Below are positions 1-8,619 of a DNA stretch of 47,422 bases, piece by piece; the first letter of the stretch is position 1; each line of letters starts with the position of its first letter. A model generated the notes under the pieces. That model had not been told where the DNA came from. It did not search any database and was given only the letters and a program-made list of their open reading frames with translations. Source of the DNA: Candidatus Delongbacteria bacterium (GTDB taxonomy: Bacteria; UBA4055); assembly GCA_027858225.1 (NCBI GenBank), contig JAQIDB010000202.1, positions 1-47,422 of the forward strand, read 5' to 3'. The position numbers and the translations under genes are program-made.

Positions 1-109
1 TCTTTATATATGTAATGATGCAATTAGGGTTACTCTATTTTTTTTAAGATGTAAAATATTGATGAAGTGAATGTTAAGACTTAATAAGTCGTTGATGATA
101 GCTGAAAGT

Positions 110-359
110 AAAAGATTAAGCTCTTGAGTAAAAATAAGTATATTGAGAAGTATGATTTGAGGATATAATAAAATGATAAAAGAAAAATGAACAAGGGCTA
201 ACATTGGCAAAATATTAATGGGTTACTTAGACATTTGACTCGCTCTTCTCCACTACTTTTTGCCATATCCGTTAGCGGTTAAAAGTTTAAGCTCTTGAGT
301 AAAAATAAGTATTTTGAGAAGTATGATTTGAGGATATAATAAAATGATAAAAGAAAAAT
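110..359. repeat. Pair of 79-bp direct repeats (110-188 and 281-359, period 171 bp) flanking attC-like element A
   Basis: Both copies read aaaag(a/t)ttaagctcttgagtaaaaataagtat(a/t)ttgagaagtatgatttgaggatataataaaatgataaaagaaaaat. I see two mismatches. Weaker similarity continues about 15 nt past each copy. Confidence 0.85.
195..277 (+). repeat. attC-like imperfect palindrome, copy A (about 80% identical to 2193-2273)
   Basis: The element reads GGCTAAC-at-TGGCAAAA ... TTTTGCCA-tatcc-GTTAGCG. The outer boxes GCTAAC and GTTAGC are perfectly complementary, as are the inner boxes TGGCAAAA and TTTTGCCA. The spacers between boxes are asymmetric. Confidence 0.4.
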
Positions 360-405
360 ATAAACAATGGTTAGAAATCCCTACAAATAAAAAAAGGAGA
401 AAAAA

Positions 406-2118
406 ATGAAACATTTAATATTATTGATTGCGATTCTGATAAGTTTCCAAATGGGATATTCGCAAAATGAAATTCTTGTAAAAGGAAAGATTAATAATTA
501 TGGAAGTAGAATAATACAAATTGGTGATTACAAAGCGAAAATTGACTCATTAGGAAATTTCGAGCTCAAATTTAAAACATCAGAACCAGATATATACACT
601 CTTATGTATCACGGAGAAGAAACCGATTTATTCCTTGAGCCAAAGAATGTTTTGGAAATCGAGTTTAATGCTCAAGATTTTTATAATACAATATCTTTTT
701 CAGGCTCAAACAAAAATATTCAATCTTTTTTAGTTGATTTAACTGTAAGGACTAAGCCTGTTACAGATTATTTTAAGAATCAATGGAATGAACTAACAGC
801 ACTTTCTGAGAAAGAGTATATAGAAAAAATAAACGAACTAAAATTTCAGGTTATTAATCCAATCGATGAGTTTGTAAGGAACAACCAAAGAAAAGAAAAT
901 CCATGGTTTGCTAAATATTATAAGCTAAATACGGAGTTGAATTTTAACAGACTTATTTACATGTATCCTGTAATACATTATGATTATGTTAGTTTAGAAG
1001 ACCAACTAAAATTTAGAGAGAGATATAGTTACATTGAGTCATTTGACTATAATGATGCGAAACTACTTAAAAATAAGAACTATATACGATTAATGAGCAG
1101 CATCTTACGATTAGAAGTTATCGACCAACTTATTAATAATCCGCAATTAGGCAAATCTGACAACCAATGGATAACTGCATATCAATCTGCTATTATTAAA
1201 ATGTTTAGCAATGATACTGTCCGTAATTATTGGCTTCATCGTTATATTTATGATCATATTGATAATTTTGGTGTTAAGAATATTGCTTATCTAATTGAAG
1301 AATTTAATAATGTGTGTACTGATTCTTCATACAAGCAAGAAATTAATGATTATTACCAAAAAGAATTTAGTAAAAGACAAAACTATCTTACTAGAACCTA
1401 CAAACAGATTGACGGATTTGATTTGGATGCTCATATTTTCAAACCTAAAGACTTAAAGTCAAAAGAAAAAAGGGGTGCAATACTATATTTTCATGGTGGT
1501 GGATTTTCAAGTGGCAAACCTGATTGGCATTGTCATTATGATAGTAATGGATTTGTACAAATTTCTTTTGAATATCGCATCTACGATAGACATGGAACAA
1601 TGCCATTTGCTGCTATAGAAGATGCAAAGTCGGCGATTCGATGGGTAAGAGAAAATGCCGAAGAACTTCAAATTGATACAAATAGGATTATCGCAGCCGG
1701 TAACTCGTGTGGTGCAGCAATGGTCATCGCAACAGGATTATTAGATAGCCTCGATAATCCAAGTGAGAACTTAAATATCAGTTCTAAACCAACAGTAATG
1801 TTATTATATGCCTCAGGTTATGACCAAACAAATAAATTTGGTCCTGTTAAGGATAAAAGTAGACTTGCCCGAATATCAGGAATTAATATTGTAAAATCTA
1901 ACGCACCCCCTTGTTTAGTTATACATGGTTCCAGAGATTATGGAATACCGATTTCCGAAGCTAAGGAATTTGTGGACAAAATGCTATTGGCTGGTAATTT
2001 ATGTGAGTTTAAAGTTCTTGAAGGAGCAGGTCACGTGCCTTGGTTAAAAAAACCTCATTCAACAGAAGCTTACACTGCTAGACAAGATTTTTTAAGAAAA
2101 ATTGGATATATTGAATGA
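406..2118 (+). CDS. Secreted two-domain protein with an N-terminal beta-sandwich-like region and a C-terminal alpha/beta-hydrolase (HSL-type esterase/lipase fold)
   Basis: It has a signal peptide (MKHLILLIAILISFQMGYSQ). The oxyanion motif is YFHGGGFSSG, the GxSxG nucleophile is GNSCGA, and a late His sits in GAGHVPW. It ends with TGA followed immediately by TAA. Confidence 0.75.
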   Translation: MKHLILLIAILISFQMGYSQNEILVKGKINNYGSRIIQIGDYKAKIDSLGNFELKFKTSEPDIYTLMYHGEETDLFLEPKNVLEIEFNAQDFYNTISFSGSNKNIQSFLVDLTVRTKPVTDYFKNQWNELTALSEKEYIEKINELKFQVINPIDEFVRNNQRKENPWFAKYYKLNTELNFNRLIYMYPVIHYDYVSLEDQLKFRERYSYIESFDYNDAKLLKNKNYIRLMSSILRLEVIDQLINNPQLGKSDNQWITAYQSAIIKMFSNDTVRNYWLHRYIYDHIDNFGVKNIAYLIEEFNNVCTDSSYKQEINDYYQKEFSKRQNYLTRTYKQIDGFDLDAHIFKPKDLKSKEKRGAILYFHGGGFSSGKPDWHCHYDSNGFVQISFEYRIYDRHGTMPFAAIEDAKSAIRWVRENAEELQIDTNRIIAAGNSCGAAMVIATGLLDSLDNPSENLNISSKPTVMLLYASGYDQTNKFGPVKDKSRLARISGINIVKSNAPPCLVIHGSRDYGIPISEAKEFVDKMLLAGNLCEFKVLEGAGHVPWLKKPHSTEAYTARQDFLRKIGYIE

Positions 2119-2192
2119 TAATTACTGAAGATTCTACTAAAGAGTATATCTTTCATCAAGATGACTTAAGAAAAATATTTGAACTTAACAAC

Positions 2193-2273
2193 CTCTAACA
2201 TTGGCAAATATCAATGGGTTACTTAGATATTTAACTCGCACTTACCCACTGGTTTTTGCCATGACCGTTGTAA
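2193..2273 (+). repeat. attC-like imperfect palindrome, copy B, 75 nt downstream of the esterase stop
   Basis: It reads CTCTAAC-at-TGGCAAA ... TTTGCCA-tgacc-GTTGTAA, with the same architecture and orientation as copy A. Confidence 0.4.
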
Positions 2274-2582
2274 ACTTTTACAACTTTTGCAAAATGGCAC
2301 CAACGTAATCATCTATCAGTCCGAATGCTTTAACATTTTCGTAAATTTATACATTCTTGGGTACTTTGAAGCCAAATAGGTTTGCGGCTCCTCTTATCAT
2401 ATATTTTACGACCGGTATGGAATGGATTTTTCATTACATACCATGAAGTAAAATATACCCCGTCTGCCATTGGATAAGAGGCAGATCGATACTGACATAA
2501 ACCAGCACGATGCTAGGAGATTAAAATGGCAGACTAGATTTTTGGTTACTTTTCATTAATGGAAAAGTAACGTTGAAAAAAC

Positions 2583-2615
2583 AGATTGCCACACACCGCA
2601 GGTGTTCGCAATGAC
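2583..2615 (+). repeat. Family-2 palindromic element (agattgccac - variable hairpin - tcgcaatgac)
   Basis: The sequence is agattgccac-ACACCgcaGGTGT-tcgcaatgac. The same flanks occur at 36087, 36142, 41582 and 47239 (reverse), each with a different palindromic centre. Confidence 0.8.
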
Positions 2616-2618
2616 AAC

Positions 2619-2648
2619 ATAAAAAAGGGACGAATGGAAATCGTCCCC
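2619..2648 (-). terminator. Rho-independent terminator downstream of trxB
   Basis: The minus strand reads GGGACGA-tttccat-TCGTCCC followed by TTTTTT, about 12 nt after the trxB stop. Confidence 0.75.
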
Positions 2649-2659
2649 TACATTGTTAT

Positions 2660-3580
2660 TTAATGCGAATTTAGAAAATCAATTACACCTAACGCAGCGA
2701 CACTCCCATCACTAACCGCAGTAGTAACTTGCCTAACTTTCTTCTCAATAACATCACCAGCAGCAAAGACACCTTTAACATTTGTCTTTAAATCCGAATC
2801 TACTAAGATCTCTCCCCTGTTATTGATATCCAAAATATCTTTAAAAACAGATGTTCTTGGAATATAACCAATGAAAATAAAACCACCAGTAACATTCAAA
2901 TCTTGAGTAGAACCATCCTTATTACTTTTGATCCTTACAGAAGTTAAACTTTCATCTCCGATAAACTCCTCAACATCAGATTCTAAAATTATCTTTATTT
3001 TCGGATGATCCTGAGCTTCTCTGATAGCATGCTCATATCCTTGAAAATGATCGAATTGATGAACAATTGTGACACTGCTAGCATACTTAGTTAAGGAAAC
3101 TGCTTCTTCCAATGCGGAATTGCCACCACCGATTACGACGATATCTTTATCTTGGAAGAAATCTCCGTCACAAGTCGCACAATAAGAAATCCCTTTCCCT
3201 TTGAATTTCTTCTCAGAGTCTAAGCCCAATGATCTTGGTTCTCCTCCAGTCGCAATGATCACAGAATCAGCCGAGAAATCATCTTCACCATCCACTTGAA
3301 TAAACTTCTCTTTTCCTGCAATATCTAATTTCGTGATATCACTGCTAGATAAAATTTTACAACCAAATGATTTAGCCTGTTTCTTCATATTGTTAGCTAA
3401 TTCATACCCTGAAATATCTAACACTCCAGGGTAATTAGCTATCTTATGAGTCAAGATCATTTGCCCCCCAGCAGAACCTGAATCAATTATTAAAACAGAT
3501 CTTTTAGCTCTCGCTAAATATATCCCTGCAGTTAAACCTGCAGGACCGGCTCCAATGATTATTGTATCATATTTCTTCAT
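2660..3580 (-). CDS. trxB: Thioredoxin-disulfide reductase
   Basis: The FAD motif is GAGPAG, the redox-active site is CATCDG, and the NADPH motif is GGGNSALEE. The C-terminal motif GVFAAGD is present. Its ATG overlaps the upstream gene's TAA (TAATG). Confidence 0.93.
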   Translation of the reverse strand: MKKYDTIIIGAGPAGLTAGIYLARAKRSVLIIDSGSAGGQMILTHKIANYPGVLDISGYELANNMKKQAKSFGCKILSSSDITKLDIAGKEKFIQVDGEDDFSADSVIIATGGEPRSLGLDSEKKFKGKGISYCATCDGDFFQDKDIVVIGGGNSALEEAVSLTKYASSVTIVHQFDHFQGYEHAIREAQDHPKIKIILESDVEEFIGDESLTSVRIKSNKDGSTQDLNVTGGFIFIGYIPRTSVFKDILDINNRGEILVDSDLKTNVKGVFAAGDVIEKKVRQVTTAVSDGSVAALGVIDFLNSH

Positions 3581-3930
3581 TATTCAGGTGTCCCGAATTT
3601 ATCATTTAAAATAGCTTTTACTTCATCCTTATTTTGAATACTGCTCGTCGCCTTAGCAACTTTACCATTCTTATAGTAAACCACGAAAGGTAAACCTTGA
3701 AAACTTCTGCATTCTGGAAGGTTTCTAATTATAGCAGCTTCAGGGTTATCAAACTCCATATCAAAGAATTTCACATCCTCGTATTTATCTTCCAGATTTT
3801 CCATCACATCATAAACAGGCAAACACATTGGACCCATTCTTCCGCAACATACCATTACATTTTCATTCTCATTAATTGTTTTTTCCAGTGATGACGCTGA
3901 TTCGATGTGATTCAGATTTGTTCCTAACAT
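3580..3930 (-). CDS. Thioredoxin-fold protein with a non-canonical active-site region (CCGRMGPMC instead of WCGPC)
   Basis: It is 116 aa with a Trx-like layout (VMVCCGRMGPMCLPVYDVM...VKFFDMEFD...GLPFVVYYKNGK). It is translationally coupled to trxB. Confidence 0.7.
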   Translation of the reverse strand: MLGTNLNHIESASSLEKTINENENVMVCCGRMGPMCLPVYDVMENLEDKYEDVKFFDMEFDNPEAAIIRNLPECRSFQGLPFVVYYKNGKVAKATSSIQNKDEVKAILNDKFGTPE

Positions 3931-4016
3931 TTTTAGCTCCTAGTTATTAGATTTGTCGTTGAGTAGTTTTTTGACTACTTTGCAAAGATAATAACAATAA
4001 AGAGAAATGTCAATAT

Positions 4017-4880
4017 TTATTTTTGATTTTGTTTAAAACGTCCTATAAAAACCCGATCATTTGAGCCATAATCCTTAATAATTTGAATATCTTCAAATTT
4101 GTCATTAAAAATGCGCTTCACAGACTCAGCCTGATCAAATCCGATCTCTAAAAAAAGCATCCCATTCGGATTTAATATTTTTTCTATTATATCATTAATC
4201 CTTCTATAAAATGACAAACCATCGCCCTCATCGGTCAATGCGATCCTTGGTTCATGATCTTTTACCTTAGGATCGAGTTTTTTCCAATCTTCTAAAGCAA
4301 TATACGGAGGATTAGAAATAACAATATCATTCATAGATCTAGATGGTGGATTCTTAAACAAATCCCATTTGTAAAACTTTATCTTACCTGACATTTCGTT
4401 CAGACCTGCATTCTTTCTAGCTATATCTAAAACCTCACTCGAAATATCAGAAGCAAAAAATAAATTATTCGGACACTCTTTTGCTATAGCAATAGGAATA
4501 CAACCACTGCCGGTACCAATGTCCAGTATCCTGAAAGTTTTATCAGATATATACTCTATTACTTTTTCAACTAAGATTTCTGTGTCATTTCTTGGGATCA
4601 AAGTATGCTCGTTGAGCATTAGCTTAATATGATAGAAATCTTTTTCACCTTGAATATATTGAACCGGTACATTATTCGAGCTTCTCTTGAGAAGCGGTCT
4701 TATTTTAGCAAGTTCGTCTTCATTAACAATCCTGTCATATTGCAGGTATATATCAAGTCTTTTCATATCTAAAGCACCAGATACTAAAATTTCAGCATTT
4801 AATCTTGGGTCATCAATGTCATGTTTTTTTAAGAAATCTGTAGAAAGATTCAATATATCTAAAAGGGTTTTATCTGCCAT
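4017..4880 (-). CDS. prmC: Peptide chain release factor N5-glutamine methyltransferase
   Basis: The SAM motif is ILDIGTGSGCI and the catalytic motif is NPPY (ISNPPYI). Length and layout are typical of PrmC/HemK. Confidence 0.88.
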   Translation of the reverse strand: MADKTLLDILNLSTDFLKKHDIDDPRLNAEILVSGALDMKRLDIYLQYDRIVNEDELAKIRPLLKRSSNNVPVQYIQGEKDFYHIKLMLNEHTLIPRNDTEILVEKVIEYISDKTFRILDIGTGSGCIPIAIAKECPNNLFFASDISSEVLDIARKNAGLNEMSGKIKFYKWDLFKNPPSRSMNDIVISNPPYIALEDWKKLDPKVKDHEPRIALTDEGDGLSFYRRINDIIEKILNPNGMLFLEIGFDQAESVKRIFNDKFEDIQIIKDYGSNDRVFIGRFKQNQK

Positions 4881-4916
4881 TAAAATTTATACTTCTCCAA
4901 AAGGGTTTATCTGCAA

Positions 4917-6326
4917 TTATAATTTGTACTTCTTAAGTATCTTCTTTAAATTTTGTTTTATTTGAGTAAATTCATTTTCAAAAATAGTTCTTACACTCAA
5001 GAAATATTTTTCATCTGATATATATCCAAATACCGGAGTATCATCAATTATTCTCATTTCTTTTGAGAGTTTAGAAACGCCAATATCACTTTGTTCTATA
5101 GAAATAGCAACTCCTTCTAACTTTTCTGTTGGTAAAGTTCCTGACCCAGCTTGATCCAAAACTTCCTCAACTATGATTTTCCATTTCTCCGGAACGATAG
5201 ATTCGATCTCTTTCTTTAAATCTGTTGCTTTCTTCGTAAGATCATTTCTTTTCGCTGATAGTAACTTCAATGTCAAATGACCGGAATCTATTGGATCTTT
5301 TTCAACGAATATTTTAAGAGTTTCTTCTAAAAGAGCCAGTCTTATTTTATCCGTTCTCATTACACGCATCAAAGGATTCTTTTTCACTTTTTCTATTAGC
5401 TCTTTGCTACCAGCTATTATACCACATTGTGGACCGCCAAGAACTTTATCTCCACTGAAAGAATAAATATCAGCACCATCCTTAATAGCATCTTGAACTG
5501 TCGGTTCATGAGGTAGACCATATTTTGCAAGATCTGAGAATATACCTCCACCAAGATCAAAATAAAACGGGATCTTATGCTTTTTGCCAAGTTCTGAAAG
5601 TTCTTTAACAGTTACTTCAGCCGTAAAACCTTCAATGCGGTAGTTTGAAGTATGAACTTTAACCAATGCTCCAGTCTTACTCGTGATAGCCTCTTCATAA
5701 TCTTCGATACTAGTTTTGTTCGTAGAACCAACCTCAACCATCTTTCCACCTGATTTCTTGATAACATCAGGCATTCTAAAAGAACCTCCGATCTCTACTA
5801 GTTCCCCACGTGAAACTATTACTTCTTTTCTCTGAGCTAAAGAATTAATACATATCATAACTGCTGCTGCATTATTATTTACTACGGTCGCTGCTTCGGC
5901 ACCAGTGATAATACTTATAAGATCGCTGATTTTATCTTCTCTCCGACCTCTTTTCCCGGTTTCAACATTTACTTCTAATGTTGAATAACCTTGAAGAATA
6001 CTTTGAAGATTATCTAATGCTCTCTCAGCCAATGGAGCTCTACCTAATCCAGTATTCAGTACGATTCCAGTGCCATTTACTGCAGAACGAGTAAAAGGTT
6101 TGAACCTTTTATTTATCGAGTCTAACATCTTAGATAAAATATTTTTATCAATACTTTTCTTTTTACCTTTTAAAATATCTTTGCGTAATTTATCCAATTC
6201 AGATTGTATAAGTTTTACCAATATTTCATGTTTATATTTTTTTCTTAATGATTCCAGCTCTTTACTCTCTAGAACTTTATCCACTTTAGGTATGTTTTTT
6301 AATATTTCTTGCATTATTCCTGCCAA
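4917..6326 (-). CDS. selA: L-seryl-tRNA(Sec) selenium transferase
   Basis: The PLP-lysine region FSGDKVLGGPQCG matches the SelA signature, and the length is SelA-like (about 465 aa). The track start is TTG at 6326. An ATG at 6314 preceded by AGGA is an alternative start. Confidence 0.9.
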   Translation of the reverse strand: MAGIMQEILKNIPKVDKVLESKELESLRKKYKHEILVKLIQSELDKLRKDILKGKKKSIDKNILSKMLDSINKRFKPFTRSAVNGTGIVLNTGLGRAPLAERALDNLQSILQGYSTLEVNVETGKRGRREDKISDLISIITGAEAATVVNNNAAAVMICINSLAQRKEVIVSRGELVEIGGSFRMPDVIKKSGGKMVEVGSTNKTSIEDYEEAITSKTGALVKVHTSNYRIEGFTAEVTVKELSELGKKHKIPFYFDLGGGIFSDLAKYGLPHEPTVQDAIKDGADIYSFSGDKVLGGPQCGIIAGSKELIEKVKKNPLMRVMRTDKIRLALLEETLKIFVEKDPIDSGHLTLKLLSAKRNDLTKKATDLKKEIESIVPEKWKIIVEEVLDQAGSGTLPTEKLEGVAISIEQSDIGVSKLSKEMRIIDDTPVFGYISDEKYFLSVRTIFENEFTQIKQNLKKILKKYKL

Positions 6327-6328
6327 AT

Positions 6329-7288
6329 TTAATCAAAATTAATAATATTTTTTACTCTAATTGAGTTCATAATATCTCTATGTTTTTTTGTGTCGTTAGA
6401 AAGATTTTTTAATATTTCCGCAATTATTGGATCATCCGATTCGAACAGTTTAAAAAGATCTTTCTCAATTATTGAATTTTCTAAAACAAAAGCAAATGAA
6501 TAAGCTGTATTTAAAACATATTCATCTGTGAATACTTTTGCCATTTCATCTTTGACATTTTGCAATGATATTTTCACATCTTCAATTGAGCTGTCTCTGT
6601 GATCAAATTTGATCTTACCTTCATTTATCTTTATAATTATCTGCTTGATCCAAGCTTCATGTTTCTTTTCCTCTTCTACCAGAAACAACCACACACCCTC
6701 TTTAGGAAATTTTTTTCTATAATATGAATATAATTGACTTATCATCCTTTCATGTTCAGCATGATAACCTAGTAAGATTAATCCTTTATCAATCTCTTTT
6801 CTTTCTTCTTCTTTTGATTTATGAATTTCAAGTAGTTTATCAAGTTCTATATCTAAAGTAACTTTATGTGACTCAGTATCAGCTTTAAGATCATCTAGTA
6901 CTTTTTGAATCCCTTTAAGATCACTCCAAAACGAGTCAAACATTTTTCTTTCAATAATAGAATTTTCTAAAGATTTAGCAAAATCAATCACTTCTGAAAG
7001 TTTAGCACCTTTCTTTTCAAACTTTAATCTAAAATCGACAATAGACTCTATTGATTTCGATATATTATCTATTGAAAAATACCTTTTATCAAATTGAACA
7101 GATCCTTCAACAACGTTATCCAGTATAGATCTTATCCATTCTGCATGCTTGAATTCTTCATTTGAAAGGAATTCCCATATCTCCATTTCATGAAAGTAAA
7201 CTTTTAAAACAGAGTATAAGTTACCTATTGCTTCTTCGTGAAAAGCCAATAATTCAATAATTTCGAAATTTTCTTCTTTATTGCTCAT
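6329..7288 (-). CDS. Tandem double ferritin-like/rubrerythrin-like four-helix-bundle protein (two domain copies)
   Basis: Each half shows E-x6-Y (helix 1), EExKH (helix 2), ENSIIE (helix 3) and DTxxH (helix 4). It is paralogous to the next two genes. Confidence 0.6.
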   Translation of the reverse strand: MSNKEENFEIIELLAFHEEAIGNLYSVLKVYFHEMEIWEFLSNEEFKHAEWIRSILDNVVEGSVQFDKRYFSIDNISKSIESIVDFRLKFEKKGAKLSEVIDFAKSLENSIIERKMFDSFWSDLKGIQKVLDDLKADTESHKVTLDIELDKLLEIHKSKEEERKEIDKGLILLGYHAEHERMISQLYSYYRKKFPKEGVWLFLVEEEKKHEAWIKQIIIKINEGKIKFDHRDSSIEDVKISLQNVKDEMAKVFTDEYVLNTAYSFAFVLENSIIEKDLFKLFESDDPIIAEILKNLSNDTKKHRDIMNSIRVKNIINFD

Positions 7289-7316
7289 AAATTACTCCGT
7301 TAAAAGAATTTTACTT

Positions 7317-7904
7317 TTATTTATTATCTAAATTTCTGTCTAAATTTATTATTTCATCACGCGTGAAGGGTACTTTATTTTCTACAATATCATTTTCTTT
7401 TTTTGTACTATTTCCACTTATTTGACCACGATTCAATCTATTTAGAAAATTATTTTTAGCTAAAATCAAAGATTCTCTATGCTTTTCAGTATCTGCTACG
7501 ATCTTACCTAAAATATCTTCTACAAACGGAGCATCAGTTTCTAGAGACTTAAAAAATTCACGTTCTATCATAGATTCCTCTATCTCGAATCCTGTTTTGT
7601 ATGCGTGCAGGAGATCTACTTCAACAGTATCTATTTTATCAATCTCATTTTTCATTCTTTCTATAGACAATTTAATACTTTCGCATCTCATCGGATCATC
7701 TTTTAAACAAATTGTATCATCTGAAACTTTCCCGATAAGTTGTTGGATCAAGGAGGCGTGTTTTTTTTCAGCTAACTCTAAATCCTTCCAAATTTTCTCT
7801 TCCGGGAATTTTATGGAATAAGTTTTATATAATTTACTCAGTGTACTCTCATGCTCAATTTGGTGAGCTATCAAATTAAATACTTCTTTCATAATTCCTG
7901 CCAT
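7317..7904 (-). CDS. Ferritin-like four-helix-bundle protein (single domain plus polar tail)
   Basis: The motifs are IEHES, AEKKH, EIEESMIE and DTEKH. An alternative start is the ATG at 7892. Confidence 0.6.
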   Translation of the reverse strand: MAGIMKEVFNLIAHQIEHESTLSKLYKTYSIKFPEEKIWKDLELAEKKHASLIQQLIGKVSDDTICLKDDPMRCESIKLSIERMKNEIDKIDTVEVDLLHAYKTGFEIEESMIEREFFKSLETDAPFVEDILGKIVADTEKHRESLILAKNNFLNRLNRGQISGNSTKKENDIVENKVPFTRDEIINLDRNLDNK

Positions 7905-7931
7905 TTTTATAAATTATTAAATTTTTTATTA

Positions 7932-8579
7932 CTAATTTTGTTCTTTATTTATCCTTTTAACAATACTCTCGTAGGAATTGTATTCTTTCTCTTTCTTAAA
8001 TTTGTCAAGAGCTGATTCTAAAACATTTTGATGTGATTTTGTATCGGTTTTAAGTTCATCTAAAACTTTCTGGATACTAAGGTCATCACTGCTGAAATAG
8101 TTTAAAAAATTCTTTTCTAGCATTGATTTTTCCACTTTGATTGCAAATTCAATAGCCTGCTCAAGATTTCTACCACCTTTTTCAACAACAGAGATTTCTT
8201 CTTTAACCTGATTTATTGCAATATTAATTGTCCTGACAGAAAAATGCATGTCACTAAATTGTATAGATCCATCCTCAACGTTTTCAAGGATTGATAGAAC
8301 AAGACAGTTATGCTTTTTCTCTTCCTCATTTAAAAAATTCCAAAGTTTGAATGTTGGAAATTCTTTGGAATAAGCAAAGTACATATCTGCTAAAACTTGC
8401 TCATTTTGAGCTAAAAGATTAACAATTTTAATTATTTCTTCAATATCAGTCACAATATCACCCAATCTATTTTTGTATGCATATTTAAGTATTTCTATAA
8501 TATAGTTAATATAACGTATAAAATGAAACTTAATTATAACTAATTTATCGGTTTTGATACAAAATATGAGTTTATTCAT
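7932..8579 (-). CDS. Ferritin-like four-helix-bundle protein (single domain)
   Basis: The motifs are AQNEQ, EEEKKH, KVEKSMLE and DTKSH. The first 42 codons look non-homologous to the paralogs. A GTG at 8453 preceded by GGTGA would give a paralog-like N-terminus (MTDIEEIIKIV...). Confidence 0.55.
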   Translation of the reverse strand: MNKLIFCIKTDKLVIIKFHFIRYINYIIEILKYAYKNRLGDIVTDIEEIIKIVNLLAQNEQVLADMYFAYSKEFPTFKLWNFLNEEEKKHNCLVLSILENVEDGSIQFSDMHFSVRTINIAINQVKEEISVVEKGGRNLEQAIEFAIKVEKSMLEKNFLNYFSSDDLSIQKVLDELKTDTKSHQNVLESALDKFKKEKEYNSYESIVKRINKEQN

Positions 8580-8619
8580 ATTTGTTGTAGACTTTTTTAT
8601 ATATAATTGTTACTATGTA

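Noticed and set aside
4-210. A 68-aa minus-strand ORF at the window start
   Set aside because: It is a low-complexity I/L/N-rich translation of AT-rich DNA. It overlaps the 79-bp direct repeat and the attC-like element, and has no RBS or recognisable motif.
2119-2659. Search for tRNA-Sec (selC) or another tRNA in the ORF-free regions (also 16091-16357, 28949-29080 and 45372-45688)
   Set aside because: I could not trace a T-loop GGTTCGAAT-type motif or a cloverleaf. I would not trust a negative result by eye, so tRNAscan-SE or ARAGORN should confirm it.
6312-7904. An identical MAGIM N-terminus on selA and on the 195-aa ferritin-like protein
   Set aside because: It is caused by a shared tggcaggaat(a/t)atg translation-initiation region. 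The inner ATG is probably the real start, so the shared peptide is most likely an ORF-calling artefact and not a common signal.
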